Shown here: in pieces, positions 57,911 through 64,000 of the stretch | Layout: each line of letters opens with the position of its first letter | Position numbering within the stretch: position 1 is the stretch's first letter | Source: Prevotella sp. | GTDB taxonomy: Bacteria; Bacteroidota; Bacteroidia; Bacteroidales; Dysgonomonadaceae | Direction: 5' to 3' | Assembly (NCBI GenBank): GCA_031285625.1 | Contig: JAITVV010000095.1 | Coordinates: 259,282-323,281, forward strand | DNA: 64,000 nt | Made by a program: the position numbers and the translations under genes | Notes under the pieces: generated by a model | Database searches by the model: none | What the model was told of the DNA's origin: nothing | The model's input: the letters and a program-made list of their open reading frames with translations, nothing else

Positions 57911-59589
57911 TGGGATATTTTATAAAAGGACTGGAAATAGCAAAAGAAACGGTTACCCCTGCCAAAGTATCTTTAGCGGGGAATCCTAATTACATCGAAT
58001 TTTCGAGCAATGCTACCGGAGAAAATAGGCTGGTAGAGATGACATTGGAGGTTATCGGTAATGGGTTTGATGAGAACCTCGATAATTTCACAAAGTTCGC
58101 TATTGTAGAGAAAAACTCCGGTGAGCAACATGTATTTGAAGCAACAACAGATATAAGCAGCATAGGAGGAGGAACATATTATACCGATCCGGCATGGAGC
58201 TTCAATAAAATAGCGGAAGCCTTAAAGAATGTGCTTCAGAGTAATTCCTTTATTGGAAATAATTTCAATATTTTATTTCCGCCAATTACCGACGATGAAG
58301 GGAATATAACCTACGGCAGAATTATTAAGCTAATATCGAAGGGAAGCGGTAGCGGTTATGCTTTCTATTTTAACCCCGAAGATGAAAAGTTGTACACATA
58401 TTTCCTAAAAAAAGCAAGTCCATCCGTAACGGTCAGCAACGATTCCATAGGTCTGGGCTACAATCCTGTAGAGATACAACTCGAACTGTATAAAGACACA
58501 GGCATATTCTTAGGTGAAGATGACCGGCCTGTAGGCAGCAATATGGGTACCCTGGCGATGCCCCTTACCAAAGCCTATTCATACACACCTATCTGGTTCA
58601 ATCTTAATATACTGGAAGCGAACAACATACCTGTCGATTTTCTGAATGCCACAGATTGGGTAGATACGGGAACGATCAATAATTTCCGTTTTGCCGCCAA
58701 GCGGTTAATATCGGACAAAGACTATTATGACAATTCACTGTTCTACTATTCCCCTGTACTGTACACAGTTGCAGGAAACAGGCGCACATTGGAAGAAAAC
58801 GATTTGTCCGATTATGTATTCGATACACAGGAAAGATTGAAAAGTCCGGAAGAGATAAAGAAAGTAAAACCACTAACCAATCAGCCTGACTTCTTCCATA
58901 TAAAAGGGCAAACACAATACTTCAATTTCATCTTATCCGATGCTGAACATAGCATAAATGTCAGTAAAGAATATCAACTTGGCATTGTTTTCAGAATCTA
59001 TTCTCAGTCGGGAAGATTTATTGCCGATAAATACGACCACTTTAAGGCGAGGAGAAATTTCAATGAGGTCAATACTATCAGGTTAAACCTCGATAAAGCA
59101 ATTGAAGGATACGAAAACGCCGGAAAGGTAGAAATCTATCTGGCTTACCGTTATGGTAGCGAAGCACCGGTTGAAGTGAGCAAGCCTCTGAGATTCAATA
59201 TTCTTCCCGAATGCCTGCACAAGGTAAAAGATTTTGCTTTTCTCAATAGCCTTGGCGGATGGAGCAGCTTTAATTTTCCGGGTACGGAACAATCAGAGTT
59301 TAAGGCAGAAGCAAATACGATATTTAAAACGCAGACACCACATTATTCGGTAAGTAGCGAGATCGAATCGGTTTATAATAAAAATACCTCCGAGCAATTC
59401 ACCGTACAGACCATGCCCGTAACAATGGAGGTTTGCAACTGGCTCAAAGAGCTTAGTGCATCCAAAGCAGTATACGAACTATCCACAAAGAGGTATGTAA
59501 TAGTGGATGAAATGAATATCAAACCCAATTCGAAAGATGAACTTTTCAGGGTGGATATAAAGTATCGGTATTCGGACGCTTATAATTGA
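57910..59589 (+). CDS. Tail structural protein (distal-tail-like), putative
   Basis: Coupled to the upstream gene; C-terminal FLNSLGGWSSFNF and WLKEL..S..VY motifs. Confidence 0.6.
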   Translation: MGYFIKGLEIAKETVTPAKVSLAGNPNYIEFSSNATGENRLVEMTLEVIGNGFDENLDNFTKFAIVEKNSGEQHVFEATTDISSIGGGTYYTDPAWSFNKIAEALKNVLQSNSFIGNNFNILFPPITDDEGNITYGRIIKLISKGSGSGYAFYFNPEDEKLYTYFLKKASPSVTVSNDSIGLGYNPVEIQLELYKDTGIFLGEDDRPVGSNMGTLAMPLTKAYSYTPIWFNLNILEANNIPVDFLNATDWVDTGTINNFRFAAKRLISDKDYYDNSLFYYSPVLYTVAGNRRTLEENDLSDYVFDTQERLKSPEEIKKVKPLTNQPDFFHIKGQTQYFNFILSDAEHSINVSKEYQLGIVFRIYSQSGRFIADKYDHFKARRNFNEVNTIRLNLDKAIEGYENAGKVEIYLAYRYGSEAPVEVSKPLRFNILPECLHKVKDFAFLNSLGGWSSFNFPGTEQSEFKAEANTIFKTQTPHYSVSSEIESVYNKNTSEQFTVQTMPVTMEVCNWLKELSASKAVYELSTKRYVIVDEMNIKPNSKDELFRVDIKYRYSDAYN

Positions 59590-59597
59590 ATTCTCTC

Positions 59598-59753
59598 TGT
59601 CATACTGAGTGCAACGAAAGATCTCTTGTCTTTTTCATGATAAAATGGGTCGGGATCCTTCCCTTCGATCAGGATAACAAAGAAAATGGAAAGAAGATAA
59701 ATATCATCTTTTGTCATGTTGACGATAGGAAGCATCTCGACTCATTTCTCCAT
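59598..59753. repeat. Two REP-like elements (one full, one partial)
   Basis: 59598-59679 and 59712 to about 59753, directly upstream of terL. Confidence 0.75.
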
Positions 59754-59782
59754 CAAATACTTGTAACGCGTAACTAAAAAAT

Positions 59783-60955
59783 ATGAAAGCAACCACCGTC
59801 TTCGAAAAAAACTTATCAGCATACGGCAAAGGATACAGATATATTGTAAACAAGGGTTCTACACGCTCATCAAAGACGTATAGCCAATTGCAGTTGCTGT
59901 ATCTGATTGCCGAGTTGTCCAATCAGCCAAAAGTCATCTCTGTTGTCTCCGAATCGATGCCCCACCTCAAAAAAGGGTGTATCAGGGATTTTAAGGAAAT
60001 TCTGCAAAGCGAGGGTAAATGGATAAATAGCTGTTGGCATGCTACGGACAAGATCTACAGGGTAAACAAGTCGATGATAGAATTTTTCTCTGCCGACAAT
60101 CCCGGTAAAGTACATGGTCCCAGCAGGGACATATTGTATGTAAATGAGTGTATTAATATCGATTACGAGACCTATCGCCAGTTGGCAATCCGTACCACAG
60201 AGACCATCTTTTTGGACTGCAACCCCTGTTTTGAATTCTGGCTCGATGAAAAGGTCCTCACTCAGCCGGAAGCAATACTGATCCATTCCACTTATAAGGA
60301 CAATGAATACCTTACCGAGGCACAAGTAAGGGAAATAGAATCGAACCGAGGCGACAAAGACTGGTGGCTGGTGTACGGCGAAGGGCTCACAGGCTCGCTC
60401 AAAGGAGTGATTATCAAAGATTGGGACATCGTAGAGAAAATGCCTCAGGTATATAAAAACAGGTGGATAGGCATCGACTTCGGTTTTACCAACGACCCTA
60501 CGGCAATTGTAGACATTCGTTTGGCCGGGGGAGAGCTTTGGATCGATGAACTCCTATATAGTAAAGGGTATGATAACCTGATGATTGCCGAAACGCTGAG
60601 GACTTGCGGAATTCCTAAAGATACTGCGATAATAGCCGATAGCGCCGAACCCAAAAGTATAAAAGAAATCTCGGCCTTTGGATGGAAAGTCGAACCCGCG
60701 CAGAAGGGAAAAGACAGCATCAATACCGGAATCGCAGTACTCAACCGCTATAAGAAGCATATAACCCGGCGAAGCACAAATATCATTAACGAATACCGTA
60801 ACTATCGCTGGCAAACGGATATCAATGGTGAGCCAAACAATAAACCAACCGACCGCTACAATCACTCGATAGACGCCCAACGCTATATCTGCCTCAACAA
60901 ACTGATGGAACGTAACAGCCCGTTGAGTTATGGGATAGCCAGAGGGAGGAAATAA
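59783..60955 (+). CDS. Terminase large subunit (PBSX family)
   Basis: Walker A GSTRSSKT, Walker B LYVNE, DCNP, nuclease GIDFGFTNDP, ADSAEP, NHSIDAQRY. Confidence 0.92.
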   Translation: MKATTVFEKNLSAYGKGYRYIVNKGSTRSSKTYSQLQLLYLIAELSNQPKVISVVSESMPHLKKGCIRDFKEILQSEGKWINSCWHATDKIYRVNKSMIEFFSADNPGKVHGPSRDILYVNECINIDYETYRQLAIRTTETIFLDCNPCFEFWLDEKVLTQPEAILIHSTYKDNEYLTEAQVREIESNRGDKDWWLVYGEGLTGSLKGVIIKDWDIVEKMPQVYKNRWIGIDFGFTNDPTAIVDIRLAGGELWIDELLYSKGYDNLMIAETLRTCGIPKDTAIIADSAEPKSIKEISAFGWKVEPAQKGKDSINTGIAVLNRYKKHITRRSTNIINEYRNYRWQTDINGEPNNKPTDRYNHSIDAQRYICLNKLMERNSPLSYGIARGRK

Positions 60956-60972
60956 TTAGCTAATTAAAAAAT

Positions 60973-63621
60973 ATGAACATAGAATTATACATCAAAAACC
61001 GCCTTTGCGATATCACCAGCCCCGAAAGTCTGGGTATACAGCTCAAACGCCAGTTTATCAATCCTGCCGAACTAAGCATTAAGGATGCACAGAAATCGTA
61101 TGAGATAACGCTTCCTGCCACCCCTGTCAATAATGAAATATTCAGCCATGTAAATGTGGAAGAAGTGCAGGGAAAATTCCGTATCTATGAGGATGCACGC
61201 CTGTACGTGAATGGGATCCTTATCCTGGATGGTAAGTTCCGTCTGAGTGAAATCACACAGGATAGCTACAAAGGTAATCTGGGCGTGCCTGCCCCACTCA
61301 CGGTAAAGGATATTTTCGGGGAAACGATGATGAATCAGGCAGGGAAATGGGAGATTAATTTTGAAGGGGCAAAGACTGTAACGGAGTTTAATACAGACAC
61401 GTACGACAAGGCAAAATACGGAGATATTGCCCCTTGCATTTTTCCATTTGTTCTTTATGGGTTACTTAATAAGCCTTCTACACCTGGAGCTAATATAAAA
61501 AAAGATGTTTATGATGAGTCGGTACGTTTCAGATTTAATGACATTCCCCCATCAATTAACTGTCTGAGTATGTTAAAGATGATATTTAATAATGCCAATT
61601 ACACATTGACAGGTAATGCATTTAATGATGAACGTTTAAAACAGTTGTATGTCAGCTATATGAATCCTAACGACTTTGCTATGAAATGGAATACCGGTAA
61701 AATGGAGCTGTTAGGAAACTGGACAAATTATAATTCGGAAAGAAGGCAGGTAGAAAAGAGGAGTTATAGGGATGGCACAGAAGAAAATAGGATACATGCT
61801 ATCGATTTATTTAATGCTGATAATTCCGAGATTACTCCTGTTTTCAACATGGGGGGCAATATATCTACATCGCAAAATAACGTAACTACTATTACTATAC
61901 CCTATAGCGGTTTATACAAAATTATATTCAAGGCAAATGTAAGTTTTAGTAGAGGAAGTGATACAGTCTATTATATCAATGGCAATAGCGGGCCATTTGT
62001 AATGGAACCCGATAGTCCCGATAATAACAATCATCTTCATTCATCTCGATTTGAACTGAAACTGATGCGTAATTTTGATGGTAATCTGGAAGATATAAGG
62101 TTTGATAATATCTTTTTTAATGATAATCAGGAAGAAAACTCAGAAGATATAGGTACAGTCTATCCGGAACCGGGAGAAACACACTTTATAGACCCAAAAC
62201 AAAATTCTGATATATTATGTGGTTTTGCCTGGGGAAAAAAGGCAGGGCTGGGTAGTTATATAAATCCTACTGAAGAGGAAGGAAAGTATATCTATAATAA
62301 TCCTATGGCAATAAGTGGGGGAATATCGTGGGATCAAGATACAAAGTATAGTGCACAGTCTGCATCCGTTAATAGCGGCTATCTGGAAAAAACAGCAGAT
62401 AACAGATGGAAAAAAACAGCCAGATTTAAAGTAGAAATAGATAATGCTCCTGAATCAAAAACAAACATTGATGATAACAAAATAGATGCTGATGGTAGGA
62501 TAGCTCAGATAGTATGGCTGGAAGCAGGACAAAAGCTTTCCCTGATTGAAATATCAGACATGGGGCTGCGTCTGGATATGAATGACAGACAGTATGGATG
62601 GCTTAGACACACAGTTGACTTTAATTTATCTGTTGAACCTTTCAGAGAAGACGTAGATTGGCTCACAATGATGCCTGATGGTGCAAGTGACCCTACAAAA
62701 CCAACTATGAAGTGGAACGATAATTCAACCTTTGAGCAAGGGAAAATCAACTTGGTCGATTTTATGCCGAAAGATGTAAAAATAAACGAATGGATAGATA
62801 ATTTTTGTAAAGCATTTAATCTAAGTATGATACATACAGGAGGGACAAACTTTGAACTGAATGTAAAAAATAATGAAGTGGCGACAAATCTTTCTTATCT
62901 GATCGATTTAGATAAAAAAGCCAGTATAAAACAACGGCGGAATGAATCGTTGAAACTACCCTATGTATATGAACTGGGTTTTACTATCGATACAGCTGAA
63001 GAGGGATATCACGAAACAATGACTAACAAAAAACCGGGAGATGAATCTGAAAAGATCGTAAACTCAGGAGATGATGGTGGTGGAAAATTCTACACAGGCA
63101 GTTACGAAACAACCAAGTTAACTCACACTTCAAACTTTTCGTATAATTGGACAAAAGATATAGAAGTTGAAGATTCGGATAAGCCTCTTGAAATTCCCGT
63201 AATTTCAGAACATGAGATATGGGAGAAAAAGCCTGATTATGATGAAATGAAAGATAAAATGTATTATGATAAGCCTCAGCGTTTCTGGTACAAGAACGGA
63301 ATATTTGATACCATAATGAATAATGAAAGCAACGTTACTTTAGCCCTTACGGGAAACGAATATAAGAATAATGAAAAGCAGATTGTACTCAACTACAAAA
63401 ACAAGCCGGATACAATAGCTAGAAACTATTTTTTATTACTTGCTGACAACAATAATAATTACACAATAGTAGAATGCTACCTTACTGCCGAAGAATATCA
63501 CAATTTAGGTAAATCACTTGTAAAACTGAATGGGGATTTGTACCACATAGCTGAAGTGGATGGATACGACCCTTTAGGTAAAAATAAATGTACTCTAAAA
63601 TTAATAAGACGGATTATATAA
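60973..63621 (+). CDS. Large tail/baseplate hub protein, putative
   Basis: N-terminal S..ITLPAT..NN.IF.H motif; C-terminal LNG..Y.I....GYDP......LKLI; co-transcribed with terL. Confidence 0.65.
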   Translation: MNIELYIKNRLCDITSPESLGIQLKRQFINPAELSIKDAQKSYEITLPATPVNNEIFSHVNVEEVQGKFRIYEDARLYVNGILILDGKFRLSEITQDSYKGNLGVPAPLTVKDIFGETMMNQAGKWEINFEGAKTVTEFNTDTYDKAKYGDIAPCIFPFVLYGLLNKPSTPGANIKKDVYDESVRFRFNDIPPSINCLSMLKMIFNNANYTLTGNAFNDERLKQLYVSYMNPNDFAMKWNTGKMELLGNWTNYNSERRQVEKRSYRDGTEENRIHAIDLFNADNSEITPVFNMGGNISTSQNNVTTITIPYSGLYKIIFKANVSFSRGSDTVYYINGNSGPFVMEPDSPDNNNHLHSSRFELKLMRNFDGNLEDIRFDNIFFNDNQEENSEDIGTVYPEPGETHFIDPKQNSDILCGFAWGKKAGLGSYINPTEEEGKYIYNNPMAISGGISWDQDTKYSAQSASVNSGYLEKTADNRWKKTARFKVEIDNAPESKTNIDDNKIDADGRIAQIVWLEAGQKLSLIEISDMGLRLDMNDRQYGWLRHTVDFNLSVEPFREDVDWLTMMPDGASDPTKPTMKWNDNSTFEQGKINLVDFMPKDVKINEWIDNFCKAFNLSMIHTGGTNFELNVKNNEVATNLSYLIDLDKKASIKQRRNESLKLPYVYELGFTIDTAEEGYHETMTNKKPGDESEKIVNSGDDGGGKFYTGSYETTKLTHTSNFSYNWTKDIEVEDSDKPLEIPVISEHEIWEKKPDYDEMKDKMYYDKPQRFWYKNGIFDTIMNNESNVTLALTGNEYKNNEKQIVLNYKNKPDTIARNYFLLLADNNNNYTIVECYLTAEEYHNLGKSLVKLNGDLYHIAEVDGYDPLGKNKCTLKLIRRII

Positions 63622-63625
63622 TATA

Positions 63626-63649
63626 ATGGGAGCTTTCAGGCTCCCATTT
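63626..63649 (+). terminator. Intrinsic terminator
   Basis: AATGGGAGC-tttcag-GCTCCCATT. Confidence 0.75.
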
Positions 63650-63755
63650 CTTATGACATACTTAGCATGATTATTGTGTAATTTACTTATTATCTTTTAT
63701 TTTGCACCTATAATTAAGTAATGAAAAGTATTTATTACAACATCATTTTCTTTCT

Positions 63756-63832
63756 TGTCATGCTGACGACAGGAAGCATCTCGTGTCTGTTTTGCTTTTG
63801 AGAAACGAGATCCTTCGTACCTCAGGATGACA
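63756..63832. repeat. REP-like palindromic element
   Basis: TGTCATGCTGACGACAGGAAGCATCTCG...CGAGATCCTTCGTACCTCAGGATGACA. Confidence 0.85.
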
Positions 63833-64000
63833 AAGAGAATGTTGCATCCATTATTATTAATTACTTAAAATTCATACACAAACTAAAAAAGTTCCTATGT
63901 TTAAAATCGGAAGCGATGGATAGATAGCAAAAATATAAGCTATAAGTTTTAGTTAATTTTGGTAATGGAGATTACTTACTTATTAACTTGAAACAATATA

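Larger units (their letters stand above)
37743..63621. mobile_element. Phage-derived head/tail/lysis gene cluster, rearranged (domesticated prophage or GTA candidate)
   Basis: Intact lysis, fibre, tube, capsid, protease, TMP, adaptor, portal, chaperone, neck, terL and hub genes on both strands with interleaved cargo; no integrase or att seen. Confidence 0.8.

Noticed and set aside
37743-63621. Interpretation as an ordinary intact prophage
   Set aside because: No integrase or att in the window, terS and replication genes lie beyond core host genes, and host repeats fill the gaps. Genes past the right window edge cannot be excluded.
40370-63621. Interpretation as a tailocin or contractile injection system
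   Set aside because: Capsid, portal, protease and both terminase subunits are present, and no sheath or baseplate-wedge gene was recognised.
1-64000. tRNA, rRNA, IS transposase or CRISPR-cas
   Set aside because: None recognised by eye; a tRNAscan/Rfam run would be needed to exclude small RNAs.

Overview
AT-rich Bacteroidales chromosome segment (Dysgonomonas-like by gene content; my inference). Ordinary host genes include cidA/lrgB-type genes, radC, lpxH, a SUF/DUF59 protein, hemH, manA, efp, dcp, glgB and many lipoproteins. Scattered among them is an apparently complete, intact siphovirus-type gene set in at least three loci over about 56 kb. (i) 7.3-8.4 kb: two Cys-motif genes and a terminase small subunit. 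(ii) 17.5-20.8 kb: CI-like repressor with three operator-like boxes, replication initiator, DnaC-like loader, an unannotated Zn-finger gene and a sigma-like factor. (iii) 37.7-63.6 kb: lysis cassette, tail fibre, two tail-tube-like genes, capsid, prohead protease, tape measure, adaptor, portal, frameshifting tail chaperone, neck/tail genes and terminase large subunit. Locus iii is split into several transcription units on both strands and interrupted by lipoprotein genes and host palindromic repeats. No integrase, Cro, recombinase or att site is visible in the window. The units share an upstream promoter-like motif. The repressor has Ala-Lys where the Ala-Gly autocleavage site is expected, and an origin-like tract lies within the structural cluster. 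The best interpretation is a domesticated phage-derived particle system, a candidate gene transfer agent possibly with run-off replication. All product calls come from reading motifs, not from database searches.
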